DNA from: Callorhinchus milii
Taxonomy: Eukaryota
Direction of reading: 5' to 3'
Assembly: GCF_018977255.1 (NCBI RefSeq)
Contig: NW_024704742.1
Coordinates: 26,352,001 to 26,416,000 of the forward strand
Length of the DNA: 64,000 nt
Shown here: piece after piece, positions 39,881 through 51,347 of the stretch
How the letters are laid out: every line of letters begins with the position of its first letter
Numbering within the stretch: position 1 is the first letter of the stretch
Notes under the pieces: model-generated
The model's input: only the letters and a program-made list of their open reading frames with translations
Told to the model about the DNA's origin: nothing
The model's database searches: none
Made by a program: the position numbers and the translations under genes

Positions 39881-39911
39881 ATGAGAGCCAAGCAAGAGAG
39901 CCTCTGTCTTG

Positions 39912-40511
39912 TTCATTACGGGAACTCTCTCCTCGTCGGCCTTCCCGGCACCTCCCTCCACAAGCTGCAGGTCATTCAGAACTCTGCAGCTCGTGTACTG
40001 TCCCGCACCAGGCTTCGGGACCACATCCCTCCCATCCTCGCTCGCCTCCACTGGCTCCCCATCCCCCAGAGGATCAAATTCAAGATCCTCATCCTCACCT
40101 ACAAGGCCATTCACGGCCTTGCTCCCTCCTACCTCTCCGACCTACTATCTCCCCACATACCCACCCGTACCCTCCATTCCTCTGGCTCCGGTCTGCTCCA
40201 CATCCCCCACCCTAACCGCCTTACCATAAGTGGCCGGGCCTTCAGCCTCTCAGCCCCGAGGCTCTGGAACTCCATACCCCAGTGCCTTCGCCTTGCTCCC
40301 TCCCTTTCCTCCTTCAAGGCCAGTCTCAAGACCTATCTCTTCAACCTTGCCTTCACCTCCCCTCTCGACTCTCTACCCCCTCCTCGCTCCTTCCCTTCCC
40401 TCCCCCTGACCATTTCCCCCCTGCTCGGGTCCCGACCCAACTGTCCAGTGCCTTGGGACGTCCTACCAACATGAAAGGCGCTCTATAAATGCAATCTTGT
40501 TGTTGTTGTTG
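39912..40511 (+). mobile_element. Young L2 LINE 3' fragment, ORF2 C-terminus still open
   Basis: YGNSLLVGLPGTSLHKLQVIQNSAARVL..LHWLPIPQRIKFKIL..SGRAFSLSAPRLWNSIP..FKASLKTYLF; (TTG)n tail. Confidence 0.95.
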
Positions 40512-40589
40512 ACATTCAACTGAGAAAGTTAGCTCTTAACCACGACTAAACTGCATTGCGTCTTTTCACATTGGAAGGACATCCCAACG

Positions 40590-40848
40590 TACTTCATAAT
40601 GTCCCACAAACAGCCATGAAGTCAAGAGACTGGGAGAAACTCCCTTCACTTTTCGAATAGTGCTATGGGATTTGACATCCTCCTGAACAGGCAGACCTGG
40701 CCTGAGTTCACCGTCTCACCTAAAGGACAGCAGCTCCAACAATTCAGTACCCTCCTGTATTGTCAACTTAGACTATATGAGTTCCATGACCCAATGTGGA
40801 GCTTGAACCTACAACCTTCTGAGGATGCTACCAACTGATGCAGACTGA
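40590..40848 (-). mobile_element. DeuSINE-like fragment
   Basis: aatgtcccacaaacagcc..gaatagtgctatgggat..cctgaacaggcagac..cttgaacctacaaccttctga. Confidence 0.7.
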
Positions 40849-41382
40849 AACAATACAGTTTTGACACAGCTTTATATAATAATAATCCTTGCATTTCATG
40901 TAGCGTCCTATTACATCATCAAAACATCTTAAAGAACATCACAAGATTTTATTGAACTGAACAAATCCATATGTTTCCCAAGTGTCAAGTTTTGTTGTGT
41001 GTCTTACTTCCATGAAAATTTCATATGGTCTCCCTCACTGCAAACTGAATATTCCATGTTGTCAGCAAGAACCACATGGTTTTAAGTTCTTTATTACAAC
41101 GACGTACACTGAAACAGTGCCTTTCATATAAGAGATTGTCTCACAGCGTTTCACAGAGAAGTAGAAATTATTTTTCAATTTAATGTTTAATGCCCTTATT
41201 TCTTGAAGGCATTTTTGATTCCTTTCTTCTCCTGATATAGTTTCACAGTCACCTGTACCTCTCCCAAGTGGCCACTATTCATATGATCCTAATCCTCTCC
41301 TCACTTGCCCTCTACTGGGCAATCACCTTGCTTCATTATCCAAATCAGACTGAGAGTTCAACATATCTATGTCACCTACACG

Positions 41383-41670
41383 TGGAATTCAAAGCCCTCC
41401 ATGGTCTTGCTACCCCCTACCTCTGCAACCTCCTAACCCCCTACCATCCTACTCGCTCCCTCCGCTCCCTCCGCTCCCTCCGCTCAGCGGGCTTCGGCCT
41501 ACTTCAAGACCCATCTCAAGACCCTCCTCTTCAACCGTGCCTTCCATCACCCTGCTTCCCCCCCCCCCCCCCGCCCTCCCCAATCACGACCCCCAGCTCA
41601 GGTCTGAAACTCTGTCTGTCAGTGCCTTGGGACATCCTCCCAACGTGAAAGGTACTTTTGTTGTTATTGT
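41383..41670 (+). mobile_element. L2 3' fragment with an internal 9-mer expansion
   Basis: EFKALHGLATPYLCNLL; (ctccctccg)x3 giving SLRSLRSLR; L2 tail. Confidence 0.85.
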
Positions 41671-41672
41671 AT

Positions 41673-41806
41673 GAAATGGAATATGCACTCTCTGCTGGAA
41701 GGGTCACACCTTGCTTACGTATTTCAAGTGTGTTAGGCATAGATTGGCAGAAACCAAGTCTTGGGGACCCCAGAGTGTGTGTTGGAGTTCAACCAGCTAA
41801 AACCAC
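41673..41806 (-). repeat. Unclassified structured repeat family, 5' half
   Basis: gcactctctgctggaaggg..ttgcttac..ttggcagaaaccaag..ggggaccccagagtgtg..ggagttcaaccagctaaaacc. Confidence 0.75.
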
Positions 41807-41809
41807 ATA

Positions 41810-41992
41810 GGCTGCCATCCTTACCAATCCACATATGGGCATCATCAACAGGGGCCTCTAGCAAGAAATCATGGGCGACAAACCATGGTGTATTCCCTAC
41901 TATCCAATCTAGAGTGCTGAGACCAATTGTAGCACAAGTTCTATCTCGATTGAGATCAGCTAACTCTACACAGACCAGGAATTTGAACCTAC
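41810..41992 (-). mobile_element. Old tRNA-derived SINE fragment (third family)
   Basis: Minus strand aggttcaaattcc (B box) tggtctgtgtagagttagctgatctc..gctacaattggtctcagcac; resembles a SINE recalled from shark genomes. Confidence 0.5.
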
Positions 41993-42076
41993 AACTGTGC
42001 TTCTTCTCCTGATATAGTTTCACAATCACCTGTACCTCTCCCAAATGGCCACTATTCATATGATCCTAATCCTCCT

Positions 42077-42205
42077 AAATTTGCAGGGCTGTGGGGAAAG
42101 AGCAGGGTAGTGGGATTGATTTGGATAGCTCTTTTAAAAGAGCTGGCACAGACACGATGGGCCGAGTGGCCTCCTTCTGTGCTGTAAAATTTTATAATTC
42201 TATGC
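42077..42205 (+). mobile_element. CR1 LINE 3' end
   Basis: gggctgtggggaaagagcaggg..agagctggcacagacacgatgggccgagtggcctccttctgtgctgta..attctatg. Confidence 0.8.
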
Positions 42206-43374
42206 TTCTGCAGTCCTGACTCTTCACTTTGTTAATGTATTCAATTCACTCTTCACAGCATACAATATTCATATCATTTTATACTGATAATTCAATATGC
42301 TGCACAAGAATTTTAGTTCTGTACGCTAAAGGCTATGTAAATGTATGATAAGGCAAAGCTGGTCCATTACTATTCTGAACTGAGAGCAGCCAGGAACATG
42401 CACAGTCTACACAAAGCTTCATTATTCCTTAACACATGTGGTTGTAATTACTGTTCCTTTATAAGACATTTGGTACTTTGAATATCTTTGCATTATATAG
42501 TGGAGTACCTGAAAGATGAATGAAGTTCTTTTTAAAAAAAGTCCTTTGTGATTCTTACATAAATGGCATTCTGAGAAGAAGCAGTTACTTAATAAACAAG
42601 AGGTTTTACTTACAATGGGCTCAATTACAAGCCACTTTGGGATGCAATTGCTCTGCAGCTAAATACCGATTTGCATGTCAAACAGTTAACAACATAATAA
42701 CGTTTCTATTTGATGGTGGCAGCTGGCTCACTAATTCTGTTGAGCAATCACTTTCCAAGAGGAAATGTGGCCTTAACACAGTCCCCATACCAGTGACTGT
42801 GTCAGCAGTATTGGAAAGGTGACTGACAACAAGACAAGTATTGTAACAGCCAAGATGGAAAGGAACCATTTCATACTGATCAATCCACCTGGATTGATTT
42901 CTCAGCGAAGGAATACAGCTCCAGAGAACTGGCTCACTTGCCTCCATGTTAAATAACAATACTCAATTCACATTCAACAAACACTTAATCCATCTACACA
43001 CATATATAAAAAAAATTAGAAAAGGAACCCAGATAATTCTCTTGAAACCACCTGATCTCATACCACCAGCCACACGCTCATAGCTAAGGCTCCAAGTCTT
43101 TCCATTGTCCACAAGACATGGTCAATCTGTTGCTGCTTTGGTATGTCTGCATTTCCCACTTTGTTCCATCCTTATTTATGTGTGTAGGCTTGTTCAAGTA
43201 CAAAGGTTAATTTGTTTCTTTTTTCACAGGTGTTTGTTATGTAAAAATAGGTAAGAAAGAAAAAAAATCACAAAACTATTCAAAGAGCAACCCTTTTTGA
43301 AAAAGCTATTTCCATCGCACTTTTATAGACATGAAACAATGACAAAAATCCAGTTACTACACATTCTTGTTGTC

Positions 43375-43478
43375 TGGGAAGTGTATATCCTCTCTCTCCC
43401 TCTGGAGGGACACATCTTGCTTACCCAATTCCAGAAAATTTTAGATGCAGATTGGCAAGAGCCAAAGTTTGGGGACTA
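43375..43478 (-). repeat. Unclassified structured repeat family, internal fragment
   Basis: ctctctccctctggagggacacatcttgcttacccaattccagaaa..gattggcaagagccaaagtttggggac. Confidence 0.75.
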
Positions 43479-45361
43479 AATGTTATTCAGGAAAGTTAGG
43501 AGGAATAGGAAAAGTGGTTGAGTTTCCATATATGTAAAGGACAAGGGGTGGTCGGGGTAATTGGGCCAGCATCTCAGGATCAATTATGATATGAAATTCT
43601 CTGGTCAGATGTGCTCAACAAGATCCAGACTAATATTAATTAGGGACTTGCTACAGACCACAAGGTCACTGCGGGGAGACCAACTTGTTACTTATTGTCC
43701 TCATGTATGCACGTCTTCAAGGGGCCAAACTTCCGCAGGTCACTTGTGCCTTTGTGTCCTCTGTGTCTAGATTTACACATGCTCATACTCTATCTGCAAA
43801 CGCATTTATTTTCTACCATCAGACACAATGGGAAGCGAGAGTTCTGGGTGCACGATTGGTGCGAAACATGTTTAAAACACTGACCCAAGGTCAAAAACAC
43901 GGCCAGGCAAGCACAGAGCCGACACTGATTTTTTTTTTAATTTAAAAGAGCTCCCACTATTAACAGCTCAGCATCACGGAAAGGTTTTCTTTTGTAAATA
44001 TCAGATTTTAAAAAAAATATTAACATAAGGAAAAAAAAATCCCTGGCAATTTTCTTCTGCACGAGGCTTTTATAATGTCACTCCATGGCATGTCAGCTCA
44101 AACAGGTTCTCCCAGCTGTGTTGTTCATATTGAAATTCTGGAGCAATGGATTTTCACATCAATGCACAAGGCCACTAATTGTTCTCTCCCACCCCCCCTC
44201 AACCAAACACTCATTCAGACTACTTTCAAATCCTCTTATACAGTGATGATTACACTGCTGTGAGCAATTGACTGCCGTGCTTTGACCATAAAATACAGTC
44301 AGAAGGCACTTTACAGTAGAAACATCGACGACGTGATAAGACGCTGTACCAAATGCAAGGATTATTAAATTACTATTATAATGATTACAGCATTGAAAAT
44401 AGTGGAGTGCAAAGTATTGAAAATTAAACTAAAACCGAAGAGCCTATAGATTAAGGACCATAGACTAAGGTTCAGCAATGAACAAGCTGCAGGCAGCCAG
44501 GTTTCTCAACTGTGTATCTATTTTTCAACGTCGCAGTGTGGAAAGATCTATTCCTATTCCATGTTGCGTGTATGTGGTCAGTCTTAGTTCACTAACATAT
44601 TAGCAATGTGCCTTTTATATTTGTGATCCAACATCTATTTGAAAATATTCTGATATGGTAAAAACAATACAGTATTCATTTATCAACAAATTATCAAATA
44701 ACTCCTCCTGGATTGATTTGTTTGATTCATACTTTTGATGGCTTTTGACCAAAAAAAGATTTCTAGATGAAAGTAACATTTAACATTTCAAAGAATATAA
44801 AGCTTTAATATTTCTCTTTCTGCAAGTCACCAAGGGGTGGTTGAGAAACACGGAAAGCAAATTTTTATTGACTGACTTCTTACACAGGAAAAGGGAGATA
44901 AAATGTGAATATCATTCATTTACAAGGTCCACTTCAGGATAGTGACAGAAGCAGCAACCCAAGAGTTGCCTCTGCCATAAATACAAGAGCTGTGGCAGGT
45001 CCACATCAATATTCTGATCATCTCAAAAGTTCTGCATGAATAATCAGCAAGAAAGATCTGCATGCACACCACTTTTCATGCCAGTAGAATTCTCTCCATA
45101 CAGTCTTGTCACCAGGAACAACCTTGGTTACTGGAGAGCCTGTATCAGGCTTAAAAAATCCTCGGACATGGATCTGTATGATCTTTAGCAGCCATCAGGG
45201 TCTGACATTCACGATTATTAGAAATCTTTTATCAGACATTGAAAAAATTATTCTAATTTACCAGAATCATCTCTTCCGCTATCGCATTCCATACAATGAC
45301 CTCAGTTCCAGTTTCATTTACCTCCAAACTGAAGGAGGGCCTATTATGACAAGTAGTTTAC

Positions 45362-45585
45362 AAATAATAATAATCCTGTATTCTGTAGCAAACGCAGCAG
45401 CCAATTTTGTACAAAACAATGACCAAGAAACAGCCATGAAGTGAACAATTAATTTTGTTGGTGGATTGTTGGCCAAGACACCAGGAGAAACTCTTCTTTT
45501 GGAATAGTACCATGGGATCTTTAACGCCCACCTGAAAAGGCAAACAGGACCTTGATTTAAGGTCTCATTTGAACAATAACACCTT
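45362..45585 (-). mobile_element. DeuSINE-like fragment
   Basis: ttggccaagacaccaggagaa..gaatagtaccatgggatctttaacgcccacctgaa. Confidence 0.75.
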
Positions 45586-45587
45586 TA

Positions 45588-46235
45588 CATTCGCAAGCAA
45601 GGACCTGGGTTCGCTTACCTGGCAGTGTTAAATTTTAAGCAAATTTCCTTAATCTACACACCTAGCAGCAAGCAGAACTAATGGCTGCTAGTCGATTGGT
45701 GGATCACTTTTCTGGGATGAATAATCCATTCCAAAAATAAATAATAATTTGGCCCCTCAATCCATGACTGTTCCTGGGACACTGCTGTGCGCAATTGGCT
45801 GCCGCGTTTCGCTCACAAAATGTAGTGTCAATACACAGTATATTGTGTGAAGCACTTTGAGACGTCTCAAAGACATAATAATAATAATCCTTGCATTTAA
45901 TATAGCGTTTTTCACGTCGGGAGGACACCCCAAAGCGCTTCGCAGAACACACTGATAAAGTGAATTGACTGTATATTTGTGGGCGAAGGCGGCAGCCAAT
46001 TGCGCACAGCAATGTCCCACAAACAGTCGTAGATTGAAAATGACCAATTTATTATTGTTTTTGGTTTTGAAGGGATTATTATTAGGCGTGTGGAGTAAGG
46101 AAACTTGCCCAAGGTTTCGCCCTGCCTGGAATTGAACTCAAGTGTCTCGCTTGCAAAGCGAGTGCTCTAACCACTGAGCTACAGGACTCCAATATGAACC
46201 GCTATATCAAATGCAAGGATGATTAGTATTATTTA
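45588..46235 (+). mobile_element. SINE, long subfamily, interrupted in its tail by an opposite-strand SINE
   Basis: Body 45588-45875 ends gagacgtctcaaagac; tail resumes at about 46191-46235 (gctatatcaaatgcaaggatgattag). Confidence 0.75.
45877..46190 (-). mobile_element. SINE, short subfamily, full length, nested insertion
   Basis: (TAA)n through ccactgagctacaggactcc. Confidence 0.92.
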
Positions 46236-46628
46236 TATCGCACCCTTGAAGTAGGGCAATGTCTCAGAGCATATCATCGGATCTGGAGGTAATGGTGCCA
46301 ATTAAAGCACAGTGATCGTTCAATATTATGCATTAGAACAAACAGAAACTTTTTCTGTGCAATATGTCTAATATTATCCAACAACAGTTCACATATACTG
46401 TACTAACAAGTCACTGATTTCATTGTAGACGCACCATCCCACTCGTCAAAATTATTTTTTAATAATAATAATCCATGCAATTAATATAGTGCCTTATCAT
46501 GTCTTTGAGACGTTTCAAAGCACTTCACAGAATATACTGTAAAGTAAACTGACTGTGTATTTTGTGGGGGAAATGCACAAACTACACAGTCTTTAATAGT
46601 AAAACAAACAGAACACCTCCATCAACAT

Positions 46629-47900
46629 AATGCAAAATACTGCAAATGCTGGAAATCTGAAACATGAACAGAAGTTGCAATCGCTGGGAACACTCAGCAG
46701 GTCAGGCAGCATCTACGGAGAAAGGAAAACGAGTCAACATTTCGGGTCCAAGACCCTTCATCAGAACTGAGGCATGTTTGGAGAGAGAGGCTTTTAAGGA
46801 CTAACAAAGAGGGGGGAGGCAGGTCAGGGAAGACAAAGGAGAAAATGGGGTAGAGGACAGTGGATGATGAGTTAAAGAGGTATTAATGATGTAAAACAAA
46901 GGGGGAGAATCGCAACAAAACAGGCAGAGAGAGAAAAGGTGTGTCTGGGACCCAAATGATGTGGTAATGGCCACAGAAGAGGGGGAGGGTGAGCTGTCAT
47001 GGTCTGAAATTATTGAAATCAACATTGAGGCCAGAGGGCTGTAAGGTCCCTAGCAGATAAATGTGGTGCTGTTCCTCGAGCTTGCGATGTGGTTCATTAG
47101 AATATTGTAGGAGACCATGGATGGAGAGGTCAGAGTGCGAGTGGGAGGGAGAGTTGAAGTGGCAGCAACCGGAAGCTCAGGGTTGTGTTTGCGAACAGAA
47201 CGTAGGAGTTCGGCAAATTGATCACCCAATCTGCATTTGGTCTCCCCAATGTAGAGGAGACCACATCGTGAGCAGTGAATACAGTAAACTACATTGGTGG
47301 TAGTGCACGTAAATCACTATCTCACTTGAAAACTGTGTTTGGGGCCCTGGACAGTGGTATGGGAGGAGGTGAAAGGGCAGGTATTGTATCTCCTACGCTG
47401 GCATGGGAAGGTGACAGGGGGAGGAGAGCAACCATCGGTGGTGATGGGAGGAATGAACCAGGGAGTCATGGAGGGAATGGTCCCTTCGGAATGCTGAGAG
47501 GGGAGGGGAAATATATGTTTTGTGGTTGGATCACCCTGGAGTTTCCGGAAATGGCAGAAAATTATTCGTTGGATGTTGAGGCTGGTGGGGTGGAAGGTGA
47601 GGATTAGTGGGACAGTATCACTATCACAGTTCTGGGGTGAGGGCAGAGTTGCGGGAAATAGGGTGGAACAGTCAAGGGCCCTGCCTACCACAGCGGATGG
47701 GAATCGTCGGTCAAGCAAAAAGGAGGGCATTTCTGTTGCTCTGGTGTAAAAGGTGGCACCGTCAGAGCAGATGCAGCGGAGGTGGAGGAAGTAGGAAAAG
47801 GGAATGGAGTCTTTACAGGAGGTGGGTTCAGAGGAAGTGTAGTCCAGGTAACTATGGGAGTTGGTGGGCTGGTAAAAGATATCTGTAGATAATCTATGCA
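46629..47900 (-). mobile_element. Penelope-like retroelement (probably Neptune-type), 5'-truncated pseudo-ORF with RT C-terminus, Cys linker and GIY-YIG endonuclease
   Basis: LSTDIFYQPTNSHSYLDYTSS..KDSIPFSYFLHLRCICS; PLILTFHP; PCQRRRYNTCP; after two stops, FTCTTTNVVYCIHCSRCGLLYIGETKCRLGDQFAE; ends GTLQPSGLNVDF with a stop near 46997; followed by the pLTR. Confidence 0.92.
46728..46770 (-). ncRNA. Degenerate minimal type I hammerhead ribozyme motif in the Penelope pLTR
   Basis: Minus strand cagtt-CTGATGA-a-gggtc-ttg-gaccc-GAAA-tgttg-act: both core motifs and a 5-bp helix II are present; helix III and the cleavage site look mutated. Confidence 0.65.
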
Positions 47901-49204
47901 CTGAGAACCTCCATGTTTTACACATGTGTTTTATAGTCAAAGGGTCAGCAGAATGCACAGGATCGGAAAACACCATTGCAATTCCTCTAGCTGGTCCCAA
48001 AGGTAAAAAAAATAAATTCTACACGACCATCTCACGCATTCCTTTGTGATCCATTGATGCAGCAACAAAAATAACATTTTTAAAATGCAACACAATGAAA
48101 TCTATCTCACAACCGTGAAAGCAGATTCCATCTGAAATAATGTCTGTCTCAATTCTCTCTTCCTCAAGAATATTCCTAATCTTCTGGCAGTTTCTGTACT
48201 CACTTGTCATCCGGTCACTGTGTTCTGCACAAGTAATGAATACATTTTACTTTTCATACAATAGTAACATGCTAGTTTTCAATTTCAATCCTGCTCGATC
48301 CTTGCTCTCTTATCTTCAAAACATCTTACATCTCTCCTTAGAGAAGCAGAAACCAACCTTCATTGTTGTTAAGCGAGACTTTTATAATAAACAAACTGCT
48401 GAAAGGCAAAATGTCAAAATGAGACTGACCAGATGGACTGTGCGAGCCTTCTACAATCCTTCACATTCCTGTGTTCCAACAGCAGTCTCTTTATACTTGG
48501 TTTAAAAAAAAGGAAGTAAAGTACCTGTAGTTTCATGGCTGTTTGTGGAACATTGATATGCTCAAATTGGCTGCTGCTTTCTTCCACAAAACATAGTCAT
48601 TCCTCTTTATAGTATATCGTGTGAAACGCTTTGAGACAGCCTCCCGATGTGAAAAACTCTATGCTGTACGAAATGTAAAGATTATTATCCCACACCCTTT
48701 GTTTCACAGCAATCTTACTGAAACAGACTCTCGCTCCAGCCCTGCTTCCTACTGCCAGATACCAGCAGAGATTAACGTTCCATAACCGTGCTACTTTTCC
48801 CATCCACTAGGATCCTAACACTGCTCAGTCTGCATCGACATGCACAATAACAACTGTCTTGTTGGCTGGAAGTTGGCCAAACTGCCTCATAGGTGAACAG
48901 ACTGATTTCACCTCTGCATTATTCTTTTTTGCAGACTTGCTGAATACATTTTTATGCTTGGTTAAAGACTCTGAAACCAGAGCAGCAGAGCAAGGCCAAG
49001 CTCAAGGACATCTGACAGACATCATCCATGACACTGAGGTTTGCACTGTCAGTGATTCTCACTGACAAGAGTAATCAAACACAGATCTGAGCTGGGTGCA
49101 AATAAGGCTTTACATCAAAATGTTAGAAATACAGAAGTCAAATATCCTTTGTGCTGTCAGTGCATTGCAGTAAGATCAAAAGGATGTGTCATTGTTGGAA
49201 GAGA

Positions 49205-49330
49205 TATAATTGAAAAACTAATGGAATCAATAATCATAAGTAAACTGAAAGAGTACCTATATCCTAATAAATGATAGCAAATGCAGCTTCAGAAGGAATA
49301 GATCTTGATTAAATAATCTTGTGGAGGTAT
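49205..49330 (+). mobile_element. CR1 RT-domain remnant
   Basis: KLMESIIISKLKEYL / LINDSKCSFRRNRS*LNNLVE resembles the CR1 SQHGFRKGRSCLTNL motif. Confidence 0.5.
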
Positions 49331-49372
49331 CTCGATGACATTGGAAACAGTTATTCCTGCTCAGCTCTTGTC

Positions 49373-49776
49373 AACAACAACTTGCACTTATGTAACACCC
49401 TCCACACAGGGTAGCATCTCAGAGCGCTTCACAGTGGAGGAATCTGACTCCGAGCTGGGGGGGGCGGGGAGGTGACCATAAGCATGGTCGAAAAGGAAGG
49501 TTTTCAGGCCGACTTGAAAAAGGGGAGAGAGGGGACAAGGTGGAGGGATTGAGGGAAAGTATAGTGGAGCATAGTGGCTGAATGCGCGACCTCCAATGGT
49601 GGAGGGCGCGAGGGACAAGAAGGAGGTCGGTGCCAGTCGAGCAAAGGCGCCAGGGGATGGATTAGGAAGTGAGGAGGTCAGAGAGTTAGGGAGGTGCCAG
49701 GGAGTGAAGGGATTTGAACACAAGTGTGCGGATCTTGAAGTCAATCCATTTGGTGATGGGGAGCCAGTGGAGCCAT
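49373..49776 (-). mobile_element. L2 LINE 3' fragment
   Basis: (CAA)n cttgcac tail; TIGGRAFSHYAP; LKTFLFDHAY. Confidence 0.9.
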
Positions 49777-50084
49777 TTGTAGACATACAATTACAGTTTG
49801 TAGAGATACAATTGAATATGCTGCATAAGAATGTTAGTACAAACATTACATTAATTTGTGCTAAACCTAAGCCAGGCCATTACTATTCTATCAATGAAAG
49901 CAGCCAGGAATATACACAATCTACACAAAGCTTCATTATTCCTCAATAAGCACAAGCAAGTAGACTTACTGTTCTTTCCTCCCCCAATATTTTTGGCACT
50001 TTATCTGACAGCTCATACAGAAGAGGACTTGTACAATGAATGAGGTAAAAACCTGTTCTTTGTGACATTAAAATGCTGTTCAAA

Positions 50085-51347
50085 TGACCCATCACAGCTA
50101 TCCAGCTACCGGCCCACGTTTTCTGTCTAAGGTCCTGAGAGAGATGTCGCCTCCGAGCTTCGCACTTCCCTCTCCTCCCACTCCCTCCATGAGGCCCTCC
50201 AATCGGGTTTCCATGCTGCCCTCCACTTCGTCTCTGCAAACGGCTTCTCCTCCAGCCCCCGCACCTTCTCGTGCAGTGTTCCTCAGGGCTCTGTCCTCGG
50301 TCCCCTCCTCTTCACCTTACACATGCTCCCCCTTGGAGACATCATCCGCAGACATGGGGTAAATTTCCACATGTATGCGGATGACACCCAACTCTATCTC
50401 TCCGCCTCCACCCTCAACTCCAGGACTACTGGTGTCCTGACAGACTGCCTGTCCGACATCAAGTCGTGGATGAGGAACAACTTTCTCCAACTGAACGTCA
50501 GCAAAACCGAGGCCTTCCTAATTGGTTCGCGCCAGCGTTTCCGCACCTCGGGCATTGCCAGCATTAACCTCCACGGCTGCACACTCAACCTCACTAAACC
50601 AGTCAGGAACCTGGGTGTCTTGTTTGACCCTGAACTGTCCTTTCTCCCCCACATCCGCGCCATGACTGGCACTGCTTACCACCACCTCTGCAACATTGCC
50701 AGACTCCGCCACTGCCTCACCCCTCACCCCTCACCCAAGCATTCGGCACATTAAGGCTCAATTATGGAAATTCCTTCCTCATCGGCCTTCCCAACTCTTC
50801 CTTTCACAGGCTGCAGATCATCCAAAACTCTGCAGCTCATGTACTCTTGCGCACCAGGCTCTGTGACCCCATCATTCCCAACCTCGCCTGACTCCACTGG
50901 CTCCCCATCTCCCAGAGGATCGAGTTCAAGATCCTCGTCCTCACTTTCAAGGCTATCCAGGGCCTTGCCCCCTCCTACCTCTCTGACCTGCTGACTCCCT
51001 ACCAGCCTGTCCGTTCCCTCTGATCAGCGGGCTCCAGCCTGCTCCGTGTCTCCCTCCTGACCCACCCTACTATCAGTTGCCGGGCTTTCAGCCTCTCTGC
51101 TCCCACTCTCTGGAACTCCATCCCACGGTCCCTTCGCCTCGCTTCCTCCCTTAACTCCTTCAATGCCAGTCTCAAGACCCTTCTCTTCAATCGTGCCTTT
51201 GGTCGCCCTCCCACCTCTCTGTCTTCCCTCACCCCTACACTACCCCTTCCCCATGCTCAGATCCCCAACCCCTGACTCTTCAGTGCTTTGGGACATCCTC
51301 CCAACGTGAAAGGAGCTCTATAAATGTGAATTTGATGTTGTTGTTGT
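50085..51347 (+). mobile_element. L2 LINE fragment with RT core
   Basis: [64 protein letters not shown]; frameshifts downstream; (TTG)n tail. Confidence 0.95.

Larger units (their letters stand above)
41224..42074. repeat. 74-bp direct repeat pair (41224-41297; 42001-42074)
   Basis: ttcttctcctgatatagtttcaca[g/a]tcacctgtacctctcccaa[g/a]tggccactattcatatgatcctaatcctc; 2 mismatches. Confidence 0.95.

Noticed and set aside
39881..40474. 197-aa ORF as a host gene
   Set aside because: It is the C-terminus of L2 ORF2 from a 5'-truncated copy and lacks the RT core
47317..48000. 227-aa ORF as a functional retroelement protein
   Set aside because: Penelope remnant: 5' truncated, with an internal frameshift and two in-frame stops before the GIY-YIG motif
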